Assembly (NCBI GenBank): GCA_016748015.1
Contig: JAAOMT010000519.1
Coordinates: 300,258 to 364,257 of the forward strand
Source of the DNA: Geosiphon pyriformis uo1
Taxonomy: Eukaryota; Fungi; Glomeromycota
Direction: 5' to 3'
DNA length: 64,000 nt
A model generated the notes under the pieces. The model was given only the letters and a program-made list of their open reading frames with translations, made no database searches and was not told the DNA's origin. Position numbers and translations under genes: made by a program. Shown here piece after piece: positions 13,425 through 26,297 of the stretch; position 1 is the stretch's first letter; the number at the start of each line of letters is the position of its first letter.

Positions 13425-16400
13425 ATTAACATGTAAACAAGTGGTTGTCAACCTATTCTTTGATTTTTCCAGACATGTCTAGCTTGAAATATTTAATACT
13501 TTTTATCGCTTTTGAAGATTTTAAAAACAAACATACCATTAAATATTTTTTGATGTCACTAATTATAGAAGTTAAAAATTAGTAATATCATGGAAAAAGA
13601 AATTTGCTTGTAAAAATTTTACTTGAAAGATATATTTGTGATAGATTTTTTCTTTTAAATATCTCTTTCGATTAATAACATCATTAATAGCACTTGTAAT
13701 CGATTCTATAAACTAAAATTTTTGTTTTTTTTCGGCATGAAAAATTGGAATCACGGAAAATAATATGCGTACCAATGAAGATACTTCCATTTTTGAATAT
13801 CTGCGATTTGCTGTGAATCTTGGGTAAAACAAAAACAAAAAATTATATTTTTTTGTCCGATTAATTGGCACTTTTAGGTGCTTTTCCAATTTCTGTTTGA
13901 ATTACATCATATAATGACATATGCTTTTCACAAATCTTTTTTGCAGCTCAAAAAGTTTTTAAGGCATCTGGTTGAAAATACCCGACTCGCCCGATCACTT
14001 GATTTCGAAACTATCTTTGGGTACAAAAATAGCCTCCTTCTTAATACACCAATACTTAATCAATCCCCAGAAACCCGTGTTTCGTTAGCTAATTTTCATT
14101 CTGCAAAGTCCAAGATTAATTTGTCCAATGCTGAAGGTTAAACATAAAATTTTTGCGTGGGAAGGGTTTTACACAAAGAAAGAGACTTATCTCTTTTGTT
14201 TTGAGCAGATAATAGAAGAATTTGATTTCGGAATAATTATTAAAAGCATATGCCAGAATAAGAAGTTGGGAAGAAAATGATTAAAGTTGATCACTCAATT
14301 AGTTGCGATCGTTTGATATTTACTTATCACATGGTTAAATTTTCAATAAAATTATAATAGTTACATAATTTAATACGAACTTTTAAAAAAAATTTACAAA
14401 TGGGTAAGGCGTGATGAGATATCTTTTTACTACCATTTTTTGCACACCACTCTAAGTGTTCCTTGAATTTTCTAAACTCATAAATATTTTTTACCTAGTT
14501 TTCGTGAATAAATCAAAGAAAAACCCTTTCCTGAAATTTTTTATAAAAATGACTATAATTTGTTTCATTGTGATTATTGATTTCACTTAATATTTTTCAA
14601 ATATCTTTCTTTTTTGTCAATTATTAATAATTATAATGATATTATTTATCAAAAACATACTTTTAATATTGGCAAATAAAATATGAATTTTGTTTTAATA
14701 TCACTTTCTTTGAAATATTTTTCAAATACTCAAAATCTAGCAATAATTAATATTAATATATTAAAAAATGCTTAGCGGTTGTAAAAATAAAAAAGGATCT
14801 ATATACAATATTATTAAGCCAAAGTATTTTATTTTATTTTATTTTTATTCAAATAAAATTATGATTATATCTTTCTTATGATGAAGTTTTTTGAAAATTT
14901 TTTTATTTTTTTATTGATTACAAAAAACATTAAGTTTTATTTTAAAAAAGATTATTAAACTCACCATGTTGTTTTTATTTATTATCTTTCCAATAAAATT
15001 TAACCCTTTTAACAAAGATTAATTTTTAATTCAAAATAATAGTAATCAATGACAAAATTTTAGAGCATTTTACTCACAAAATTATTTCATATCAACTGTT
15101 TTTTTTGAGCTAGATAAAGTTACAATTAGGGATTGAATCACAAAAAAAAATAAAATTTTTTTTTGCTTATAATTCCATAAATGAAACTTTTCATATGGCT
15201 ATTTATGTATAATAAATTTTTTCAACTATTTTGAAATCAATAGATGTTTTTATAGAATAAAAATAGGTTTAAAATTTGGATTCACAAAAAAATAGTTTTC
15301 TTGAGAATATTCTCAATAAAACAAAAATTAATTATTAATTAATATTTTTATAAATGTTTGGGGTGAATTTGCTCTAAAGACAACAGTTATCAAGAAAAGT
15401 AACTGTTAGTCAATGTGCAAATACTTGTGATAGTTTTGGTAACGAAATCAACTAAATTAAAATGCTATAGGTTTTATAAAAAGTGTTAAGTAATGAGATG
15501 ATAGTAATACTAATAATAATAAGTTTTGGCCCTCCAAAAATTAGAAATGTGTTTTGTTTTTGTGAAAATAAAAGAATTAAGATTAGAAATGTGTTGTATA
15601 ACACTAAAAGCTTCCCAACATGTACTATTTAATAATAAAACTGGACAGTCTGAAAAATAGCAGCATTTTATGATAAATATAAAATGAGCATTAATAATTG
15701 AACGGTGCTAGAATAAGTGAAAAACGAAATAAAAACAAATAAAAAAAAGTAAAGGTTATTTTAACACCCCAGCTTATTATCAAAAATACATATTTTTAAA
15801 AAGCCACCATTTTATTTATAAAATAAAGTAAAAGATATGCATAAAATTTACTGTCTTCAGTCCCGTTCACACTTAAAAATTAAAATTTGATATTTTCAAT
15901 GAATAATAAATTTAAATGAATGTCTAAAAATATAATTTCAAACAAGATTTCAAGAATGTTTGTTTAATAATAAAAACATCTTATTAAAATTTCTTAAATT
16001 TAAAGAATACAAAATCTTACAATTAATTTAAAATAAAGCTGATAAATCTAGTGTTTAGGTACATTCCAGCTGGATTAAAGAATCTCATTTAAAAATTATG
16101 ATTACAATATTTATATCAAAATATCAAAGATTATAATATGCTTCAAAAATTGAAAATATTCTTTTGCATTAATGTTAAAGTAATTTTTTCAAAAGTGAAT
16201 CTTGCAAAGGTTAAGCTAATTTCAAACTACAAATATAATATATACATTCGAGATAAAAAGTCACCAGGCACTTTTTAATTAGGATTGCAAAATTAACCAA
16301 AAATGCTACTAAATTTAAAGAAAAACCTTTAACTTTTTGGTATAAGTTGGTTTTTGTTGATGTATTCTTGCTGAAAATGTATTAAAAAAATTATTAAAAT

Positions 16401-16962
16401 TTGTGCTTTGCATAAATTAATTGGTTTATACAAAAATAGAATTTAATTAAACAAAAAAAAATTTAATAGTAATAATTTTATCTTGATTGTTATACATAGT
16501 AAAAATGAAAAAAATAAATTTATAAAACTTTGAAAACAAATTTGTTTTCTTGAATTTATTAAAATTACTATTATTTTCTGGCAACCAATATTTTAAATAT
16601 CTGAATTAGTCAAAAAGTTAAATTTTGACATTTGAAAAATGAATTACAATCAACTAATATAAAAAATTTATAAAAAATTAATTAAATTTATATTAAGACA
16701 TATTTAAACATGCATTGAAATTATTGATACTTTAAATTTTATTCATAATAATAAATAAATTTTCTGGCAATTTTAAGAGTATAAGATAAATATTATCCAA
16801 ATTTATTTTTAATACTATATTTATCAACACAACCACATAATAAAAATTGGTATTTTTCTAGGTAAAAAAGTCAATAATTTATTAACTTAAATGTTTTCAA
16901 AAATTTACTCAATAAAATCATTAACCTAGTTGATAAACTGGATATTAATTAATTTTAACAAG

Positions 16963-16986
16963 TACAGTACACCGTAAAAGTATTCG
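16963..16986 (+). mobile_element. Orphan Tc1-like terminal inverted repeat end
   Basis: TA followed by CAGTACACCGTAAAAGTATTCG resembles Tc1-family termini (CAGT..AAAGTATT) and sits at the edge of an eroded AT-rich block. No partner end found. Confidence 0.35.
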
Positions 16987-18231
16987 ACTCAACTCGATTT
17001 TTCAAAGCTCATCACGTAAGTATTTTATCAATACCTCAATCAGATTTTGGTCAAGTGACGTCGATGATCATTAACATTAACATCATTTTCCTCAATAAAA
17101 CATTTTTTGAACAATGTTTCGGATCATTATCTTCCTGCAAGACTCACTTTATAGAACAAAATGGAAAAAAACTTTTTTCATATATTGCGATCATAAAATT
17201 AGCCTTGAAATTGTGTTATAAGCTAATCATACATTGACTTTTAATACTTCACGAACCAGAATAATTCAGGAAACTGCCAGAAAATATAACTTGGATTCTA
17301 GTCAAAATCATCTTTTTGTTTGGCAGTTTGGAAAGTTTTGTCATATATTTACTTCTATCCCTTACGTAAACGTCGTTGAATAGAGTCTAGCTAATGTTAA
17401 CCTTTTATTTTATCATTTTCCTATTGTAAATCATTAGAGTTTAGATTAAATTTTTTTTTTGCAAGTTGTACAATTTTGGCGTCTTGCTTTGGGGTCTTTT
17501 GTTTACTCCCAATAAAGGGCAGCTGCATGTTCAAGTTTCGTAACGCTTATGTATTGGGAGACATTTCTGCGGCATGGAACTTGATAATGATATCAGCTTT
17601 TTATGTCATTCTTTGTCTTCGGAAAATCTTGAGGTCGGATACTTTTGCGGTACGCTGTAGGTGGAGCCTTTTTTCTGCTAACCATTGCGAGCCCAAATTC
17701 AATTATTCAATATGCTGAGAAAAAGGGCCATGCATATAAGAAAAATTTACAAATTTTCAATTCATGAACCAGGGAATTCGAGTATTTATAATTTGTAGTT
17801 TTTCAAGAAGAATCCGAATTATTATAAATAGTCAGCTTTAAAATTTGAACAGAGGCAGTTGCGAGAATCTCTAACTTAAGAATATGAAAAAAGGTAAGGA
17901 AATTCATGGTTCACCTTGAATTGAGACAGTTTTTAAAAATGATTAATGCATTCTTTTTTGTTTTCAAAACTAAAAGATACAAAAAGAATTCTTTACTTTT
18001 TAAAATTAAGAAAATTTCTGTTTGTTCAACAAGTGCGCACACTACAGAAATTTAACAATGAATAATTGACATTAAGTTTAATGTCAAGGTCTAAGATTTG
18101 GAATGAATTTTTTAAAAAAGAGACTACCTTTTTTAATATTATTGTACTGTGGGCCTTTACTCATTTGAAATGCTAATTGTTAAGTGTACTATAGGGTAGG
18201 ATGTTAAAACCTCTATCCGATTCGTGAAACT

Positions 18232-18831
18232 TTAAGGGGATGGGGTTGGGGTTGGGAATGAGGGTGAGGATGGGTCTATGGTGACCGTTGAATTAGAGGA
18301 CGATGTTGGTATCACTGTAACAGTTGGAGTCTCGTCGCTATTGCTAATGGGAGTACTAGTGGGAGTGGATTGATTAGTCGGGGGAGGCGTAGCTTCACGA
18401 GTAGTTATTGGAGAAGGTGTTGTAGGTGTGTAAGTAGGTGTTTCGGCCAAATCAAAATTTGAGAGGTCACCATTATTATTGCTTGGATTAAAGCCTAACG
18501 CATTTTCAGGCATCATTATTTCGTCTTTTGCTACAATTTCATTTGTTTTAAATTTAATTAATTTTTTTATATGAATTTCTTCAAAATAATCAGGCAGAAG
18601 AACATTCTTGAAAGCATAATTACCCATTCCCTTTTCTGTGAAAAGGGAATCTAGACCATTAGCCCCAAGACCCGTTAAACTATAGGAATCCAGTCCTAAT
18701 TGTTCAACGGCCAGTGGGTTTTCAATTGGCATGGCTTCAGAAAGGAATAAGCGAGTCCCAAGACATGAAAAAATTGACGTAATGGCAATGAATAGGATAG
18801 CTTGCTTAGTAGTAGTGTAATAACAATACAT
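18232..18831 (-). CDS. Putative secreted Ser/Thr/Pro-rich (mucin-like) protein, 199 aa
   Basis: ATG at 18831 (MYCYYTTTKQAILFIAITSIFSCLG...SEA/MPIE), N-terminal hydrophobic segment, T/P/S-rich C-terminus ending PTPSP. Confidence 0.7.
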   Translation of the reverse strand: MYCYYTTTKQAILFIAITSIFSCLGTRLFLSEAMPIENPLAVEQLGLDSYSLTGLGANGLDSLFTEKGMGNYAFKNVLLPDYFEEIHIKKLIKFKTNEIVAKDEIMMPENALGFNPSNNNGDLSNFDLAETPTYTPTTPSPITTREATPPPTNQSTPTSTPISNSDETPTVTVIPTSSSNSTVTIDPSSPSFPTPTPSP

Positions 18832-20637
18832 GATGAGAGTATTTGATAGCAAAGAAAAATACAGGTAATTTTTTTTTGTAGTTGTAACTAAATTCTTCCG
18901 TTAACATGGATAAGTATTTATACCTTCCGATTTCAGCTTGATATTTGGATTGGCATCTCTTGACGGAGAACTTGGTTTTCAAATCTAATAACCTCCTAAG
19001 CCTTTCAGAAAACAATAATAGTAACAAAACTCAATGTGACTACCGTCTCGACAAACACTTTGGAAAATCGTGTCATCAAAACTGTTGCAAAATTTTCACT
19101 TATTTTAATATAGTAACCATTCTAAATATTTATTTTATAAGGTCATTTTTTCTGTTTCTCTTGAAATTTTTTAATTTGGTTAGACTTTCTCCTGCCTAAT
19201 CATTTAAAAAAAGACCAAAAAGAGCAAGATCCCACGAATCTACATGTGTTTAATCTTGCTATCAGTTTGGAAAATCAAAAATTTGTTTTTTGTTTTGGAA
19301 TCCCAATATTTTATCAAAATAACTTGGAAATTAGCAGTCTTAAGGACTTTTTCAACCAGAAAAAAGCAAATTGACCAAAAGTAATGAATTTCAAAAGAGT
19401 TTAAAGTCTCAAAAATTGACAGATTGATTCTATGAACTTTACTAGATAGATTTACTGAAAATTTATGACCGGTCACAGTTTAAAAAGCAATAAATCCTTG
19501 AAAACGGTTATAGCTATATTTGTTGGCAAAATATTTTTTAGGATTAGAAGCGTTTTAGATCTGAGAAGAGCTGTTCCATATATTTATTCAATAATTGATA
19601 TTTTTAAAGTTTGCAGAAATATTGTTAAATAACTCCAAATTTGAACAGAATTCATTTGAAATTATCTTAAAACCTGTAAAAAGATTATCAAGTCGACATG
19701 TTGATGCTTTGTGTTTATTATATCGACCTCCTCGAAGATACATACAGTAAATAAGCAATTCGATCAAAATAACTTGTTGATTTGAAGATTTAGAGCAGTT
19801 ATACGTGAAAATTAATCTAATAGTATGACCCGGTGTTTATGAGAATTACACTCTCGAGATTATATGCTTAGCTTGAAACAAACCCTTAGATGAGTAGTTT
19901 TACATATCACAAAACAAATGATCCCACAACATCTATGCCAAACTATTTACATATAAAAATCATATCTGACACGTAGAAATGTTTTTGGCAGTTAGAATTT
20001 CAGTCTTTTTTTTTTCAAAATATAAGAATTTATTTCCTTTCTTGGAGATTATTTTTTGAAACCATTTTCTACATTTCAAAGCTTTCATGTGTTTCAAAGA
20101 AATCTAGCTTTACAGTTGAATAAATATTATGAGAATATTTATTGCTTATCAAAATTGGCATTAGTTTGTTGATTGATGGATTTTATAAAGGAATTCTGGA
20201 ATGTAATAGTCATTTAGGTGAATATATGAGGACAATCTGAATTAGTAATTGAATTTGAGTATAAAGTTAAAAAGCTTTTCACAAAGTAAAAAAAAATAGT
20301 TTGTCGAAAGTTTAGCCACCAAAAATTTATCATTTGACTGACGAAAGATCTCTTATTTCATGGATGAGCAATTGAAAGATAAATAATGGTGATTTTAAAA
20401 AAGCCAAGAGGTTGAATAGTTCGTTTTGCATTCTTTTGCTCTTATAAAAAAAGGCACAAATCATGTATGTATTAATCAGGACTTTGAAATCAACCAGGGG
20501 TATTGTGGCAATTTAATTAAAAAGGACTTGAATGTATCAAAATTTTGGAATTTTAGTAAAATACCAAAAAAATAAATGTTTAGGAGTAAAGATGACAGAA
20601 ATCTCACTACACAACATAGTTCTCATCCAAAAACGGA

Positions 20638-21060
20638 TTAGAAATAGTCAAAAGCCAGTCTTGTGAAAAGATTTAAAAACCCTATTTTGAGCAGAAAATG
20701 AGTTCCGATTTTCACACTTTGAGTTGCGTCACTTGGAGTGAAGATTACAGTAGGTGTAATAATAGTTTTGCTAGAAATTGTTGAACTGGACGTTGTCGAT
20801 ACGGAATTATTTGTAGCAATAGTGGGTGAACTTAAAATTATTGTGGGAGAGCTGCTAGTGGGTGAACTTAAAATTATTGTGGGAGAGCTGCTAGTTGGCG
20901 AGTTCGGAAGAATGCTAACAGTGCCATTAGCGTTGGTATATCCTTGGTTTTGAAACGCTCGATATTTAGGATTTGTGCCAACCTCGTTTGAATTTGTGAC
21001 GGAATTTGTTAAAGAAATCCATAGAATAAATGTGATTATATAAATCTTTTGAAAAAGCAT
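20638..21060 (-). CDS. Putative GPI-anchored Ser/Thr-rich cell-surface protein, 140 aa
   Basis: Signal peptide (MLFQKIYIITFILWISLTNS), S/T-rich stalk, omega-like PSDA and hydrophobic C-terminus. Confidence 0.75.
   Translation of the reverse strand: MLFQKIYIITFILWISLTNSVTNSNEVGTNPKYRAFQNQGYTNANGTVSILPNSPTSSSPTIILSSPTSSSPTIILSSPTIATNNSVSTTSSSTISSKTIITPTVIFTPSDATQSVKIGTHFLLKIGFLNLFTRLAFDYF
20820..20895. repeat. Perfect 36-bp tandem duplication inside the GPI-protein gene (SPTSSSPTIILS twice)
   Basis: tagtgggtgaacttaaaattattgtgggagagctgc at 20820 and 20856. Confidence 0.95.
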
Positions 21061-21311
21061 TTTTTAACCAAGGTCAAAATATTCTTTGGTGAATTAGCTG
21101 ATTCAATTTTGCTTTCATATAGAGCTATAGTTTAAAAAGGAATGCAGCTCATCTATGTTTTCATTGAACAAATACTTTGTAGGGAGTACATAAATAAGAT
21201 CTACTACACTTGCTGATCTGTATTAGTTTTGGGCAATCTCTAAATCGAAGTTTTATTAAAAATCGGATTTTAAACTAAAAAAAATGGGGAAAAAAGTTTT
21301 TTTTTCTGTTA

Positions 21312-23505
21312 CAGTCAGACCTCCATAAAAGAACCCTCGATAAAAGAACAACCTCTTACAAAAAACATTTTTTTATAGAACCAATTGATTAATTAACAAT
21401 TTTCCCTTTATAAGAACAAGAACATAATTTTATCAAACGTTTATTCGAAATTTACCTTCATATAAGAACAAATATCACGTGCTAGATGTTAATTGGTAAT
21501 TGGGAAAAGAGTTAGAACGTATTGAATTGATTTCATCCTAACTTTCTTTTAAATCGATTTACTCTTTTTGATTTTGTCTGTTTTTACATATAGCCATTTA
21601 GCCCTTATTGTATTCTAATTCAGGCTTGCTAAAACCAAATCTAATATTATTATTATAGGCACATTTTCTAACAGACTTGCTAAATTATCACAATGTCGGA
21701 ACCTTTATTCAAAAAACAAAAACGAGCAACAGTCAATGATGCTCTTCATAAAGAAATTTGTCAATATTCCAAAAATCACTATGGCACGAAACATGATGAT
21801 ATTGTAGCTTACTTTAATCATAAATATCCAGAACTTCATATTTCTCGTCCAACTGTCTCCAAGATAATCAAAGAGCATGCAAAGTGGTTGAATATTGAAA
21901 TTGATGAAATCTCAGAAAGATCTATTCGACACAAAAGCGTTAAATTTCTATTATTAAACCAAGCTTTAAGTTATTGGATAGAACAAGTAACTGCAGCCAC
22001 TATTGAATTCAATGATCAATTAATTAAAGAGAAAGGAAAAGAATTTGCCAAACTTCTTGATATGCACAGAAATGAAATACAATTCTCAAATGGATGGGTT
22101 CAAAAATTCAAAAAATGAAACCAGTTACGTGTTTACCGATTTCATGGTGAAGCAGGAAGTGTATCAACTGAAAGTTTACCAGAAGAACGAAGAAAATTAA
22201 AAACCATTATATCCGAATTTGATCTTGCTGACATATATAATGCTGATGAAACAGGATTATTTTTTCGTATGGGACCAAATCAAACACTTGCAAAACGTCG
22301 AAATGCAGGAAAAAAATTGGTATATTATATTTACCAATTGTTATCGTTATATATTATTGTTATATTAAATTAATTGGGTTTTTTATAGAATAAATCTCGA
22401 ATTACAATTTTTTTTGCTACAAGTTCAACTGAATCTCACAAATTACAACTTTTAATAATTGAACATGCAAAAAATCCAAGATGCTTTAAAGAAATTAATA
22501 CTTCCAACCTACCTGTGATTTACAAGTTCAATTCCAAAGCATGGATGCGCTCAGATATATGGAAAGCATGACTCAAATATATAAATGAAGGCTTCAAATT
22601 CAAAATCGGCATATATTACTTTTGGTTGATAATGCAACTTCTCATCATACTCAAATCAGGGAAGATTCATTCCAATTAACCAATATTACTTTGCACTATT
22701 TTCCTCCAAATACAATATCACATCTTCAACCAATGGATGCTATCATTATCAAATCTTTCAAAGGCAAATATAAGCACTTATATTGTCAACATATTTTACA
22801 TCAATTTGAACAAAAAATTAACATTGAACAGTTAAGTAATATAATATATACAGTATTATTATCATTATATATTATATAATTTTATCTAATATTAAATTAT
22901 TTTTTAGAAATAAATTAAACATAAAACAAGCAATTGATTATGTTGTTCAATCATGGTTTCAAGTAGCACCTGTTACAATTCAAAACTGTTAGAAATTCAA
23001 GAATCCGAAACATTAATTGCTATGTATATATTCAACAATTTACCATCAAATGCACAACAATTGGTCAAAAATCTCGAAGATTATACTGTAGCAGTTGATG
23101 AATTATTGGCAACTGAAAATATTCTTGATGATAATGAAATTGTAGATATGGTTTTAGCCGATGCTCAAATTGAAACCAATACAATTAATGACTCGGAAGA
23201 AGAATTAGAAGAATCTCCACCTGCTATAATTACAATTACAGAAGCATATGAAGCATTAAAAAAGGTAATTAGATTTGAAGAGCAATTAGCAGTATAGAAA
23301 ACCAAAATTTACTTAGAAAAAAATGAAGGAAAATTCTAAAAAACAGGTAACAATTAATCAATATTTTAATAATAATAATAATTGATTGAATTAATAAATA
23401 AATATAGTTTATTTGATAATAATTATAAAGCTCTATAATAGAACACCTCTAAAATGGAACATAATTTGCATGTCCCAACTGTGTTCTTTTATAGAGGTCT
23501 GACTG
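21312..23505 (+). mobile_element. TIR-bounded pogo/Tigger-type (Tc1/mariner superfamily, DD35D) DNA transposon, 2194 bp, inactivated
   Basis: 23-bp TIRs CAGTCAGACCTC[C/T]ATAAAAGAAC (1 mismatch) at 21312-21334 and 23483-23505; TA on both sides (21310-11, 23506-07); subterminal ATAAAAGAAC-like repeats. Confidence 0.95.
21693..23297 (+). pseudogene. CENP-B/Tigger-like transposase pseudogene with two introns
   Basis: HTH domains (RPTVSKII, FSNGWVQKFKK), YNADETGLF, KAWM, VDNATSH...LQPMD (35 residues between D2 and D3). Introns at 22320-22388 and about 22832-22907; premature TGA at 22116 and about 22569; frameshift near 22600. Confidence 0.9.
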
Positions 23506-24109
23506 TATTTATTGCATTTTCCCTTAAGAATTGTTAAATTTCCTTTATACAAAATTTAGATACAATTTGCATTGTGATATTTAGTAACAAAAAATTAATG
23601 CTAAAATAATTAAAAGATATTATAAATTAAAATTTCCATTACTTGTAAATCATAATTTATTTTGGAAAATATTAAACTTCAAATTAAAAATACAAGTTTT
23701 TAATTTGTTCCTTAATTTGGTGTTTATTATCATCATAATAAACATTTGTTAAGAAGTATATAATAAAATTTCCTAGATAAATGATTTATTTTACTTATTC
23801 GGAGCGCTCTGATTTTTGAACTTGCCTTTTTTTTTTGTATCATGAAGTCCCGGCAATACAAGACTTTGTATTATGAAAAAGAAAATTTCTGAACCGCTTT
23901 TGAATCAATAGATAAAGCAATTTTAACTCTTTCGCTTATGATAAATTTCGGTAAGGGCTTTTGTTTATTAAAAAATGATTTTCCTACGAGTTATTTATTA
24001 TTTACAATATTTGGAGGAAAACTAATTTTGAAATAGAATGTATTGCAATAGGAAAGGCAGTAGAAATTTTTTCTAGTCGAAATATTAAATTAATGAAATA
24101 AATAAAATG

Positions 24110-24977
24110 TCATTGACTGATTGAATTATTGTTGGCGTATTCATTTGGGACATCTATAGTAGTAGACATTTCCGGTAAAAACTTCTCGTTGTTTTTTAAC
24201 TTTTTTTTGCATCCACCATGAAACGCTTTCGAGTTTGACCAAATTACCAAATCCACACCCTCCATAGCAAACATGCAGCCTAAAATCAACGCAGCACTAG
24301 CATCAATCCACCAAGTTTTACTCGAAAGTCTATAAATCAACGATCCTAGAAACAAGACGATTGTTATTTTCAAACAAGCTAAAGAACAAGATGCTTCAGA
24401 AGCCATGGCTGAAGAGTCTAATTTTTTAGCAAGCACTCGCTTCACAATGAATAGCAAGAGCATAATGAGTAAAGATATGCTAGAAATTATGACACCAGAG
24501 ACACTAGGATCAGGATGAGTGTGCTGTACAAGAGAGGTAATTGAGGCTGCAAATGTTCCTAGCGCAAGAAATATGAAAAAAATTCCGATAGCAAGGGTCG
24601 CTTTACGTTCTTTAACAAGAGTGGCTTCAATGTGATCTTCAGAGTTCTCCATAGATGGTTCAGTTAAGAAACGCCAGAGAATAATTATTGAAGAAGCTAT
24701 TTCTACCAGCGAGTTCACTCCAAATGTAGCGAGTGCTACAGATTCGACTGAATAAAAAAAAAGTGTAAGCTTTAAACTAATTTGATAATTTTTTGTATAG
24801 AAATCACAAACCTCTAGCCCCAAAGAATATTGATATGATGCCTTCTGGAATATTCCACAAAATGCTGACTATAGATATAATAATTGCCCACATGACATAA
24901 TTGGAACGAGGGTGAAAAGTAGAGTCATTTGAAAATAAGCAGGAAATTTTCCATCTCTTGAACAATTGGGTTTTCAT
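24110..24977 (-). CDS. Cation-efflux (CDF)/TMEM163-like metal transporter, 2 exons (24977-24812, 24747-24110), 267 aa
   Basis: Spliced frame MKTQLF...WNIPEGIISIFFGAR|VESVALATFGVNSLVEIASSIIILWRF...ERKA...LDSSAMASEA...WWIDASAAL; six TM segments; 64-bp GT-AG intron restores the frame. Confidence 0.85.
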
Positions 24978-25930
24978 ACTTGTAAATTATATTTTGTATG
25001 GAAGCCTCATACTTGGGACTTTTCTAACAATCTTATATTGCTCGGAGAAGCTTTATTTTCGTGAAATCAAAGATTTCAATCATTTTTGTTGTCGCTTTAA
25101 AATGAATGCATCGATAAAAACCATTTAAGCTCGTATGATTTAAATGCGCTTTAGCAGATAAAAATGAAATTTGATATTTTTAGAAAGGTGCATAATTTTT
25201 CAAATAATGTTTTAAAAATTTAGAATATTGGGTAAATATTTTAACTATTAGTTCAATTTTATAGAGATTCATATTCAAAGAGAAGCATAATTTTCTCCGA
25301 ATTAAAATTCAGAACTTTAGATTTCACACACATCAAACTATAGGAAGCTTACAATTCTATAAAGAAGTTAGTTTTCATCAGGAACAATTTGTCGACCCCA
25401 ATTTTGATGTACGAATTTTAGCCTTTCATCATTAATACATTAAAATGAAACATTTGAAGGGAACCAATTTTTTAATTTCCCAAATATTACTTTTATTCAA
25501 AAAAAAAAATTCGAACTTTAGTATTATAAGAATTATATTGGTTTATACCTTCGAAGCTTGATAAGTTTCCAGAACTTTCAACAGGATGATAAATTAAAGT
25601 TGATGATGGATATTGTGAATAATGTGTTTGATGACTAAAAATTGATTCGTAGACTATCAGCAAGCTTACAAAAAAGAAATTAATCTAACCGCTAATCATT
25701 CACAATAGGAAATGACAAAACGAAAGGTTAACATTAGCATGGACATTATTAAACGACGTTTACGTAAGGGTGAGGATATGAATAAATATATGACTAAAAT
25801 ATCCAAACCTTTTACATACTGCCAAAGACTATATTTTCAGATGAAGTTTGGCAGTTTCCTGGACGAAGGAGCACCCATTTAAAAGTCAATGTATGAGGTT
25901 ATTTTTCAGCTTCAGGCTTTGGTAAACTGA

Positions 25931-26122
25931 TTAGCTTACAACACACAATCTCAAATGCTGAATCATCAGAATGAGTCTTTCGTTGATCTTTATACATGAT
26001 TTTGTTTCCTCTTGGTAAGCAAGATTCATTTCAAGATCTTTCAAATATGGCATTGATGACTTTGAAAAAATGCGCAAACAATAAAATAGGAAGGAATCTT
26101 CCACCAAAAACGTCAAATGCAT
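25931..26122 (-). CDS. Candidate CaaX peptide (possible lipopeptide pheromone precursor); 63 aa, or 40 aa from the ATG at 26053
   Basis: Ends ...KINERLILMIQHLRLCVVS*: CaaX box with an ER dipeptide followed by an 11-residue peptide ending at the Cys. No expression evidence. Confidence 0.25.
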   Translation of the reverse strand: MHLTFLVEDSFLFYCLRIFSKSSMPYLKDLEMNLAYQEETKSCIKINERLILMIQHLRLCVVS

Positions 26123-26297
26123 GTCGGCGTAGTATTATTAATAATCAAATTCTATGCCAAATCGGAACATGCATTTCAAACTGTATTATTTAAATAAGGT
26201 TGAGTTTTAATCAAAGGAAAAAAGATTCGAGCTCAAACATCCTTTTCATAAATCTTGATTGAAATTCAAGCTTGCCTGTTTATTTGATCAAGCTAAA

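Noticed and set aside
25996-26193. Plus-strand ORF ending NCII as a CaaX peptide
   Set aside because: The Cys is third from the end, not fourth.
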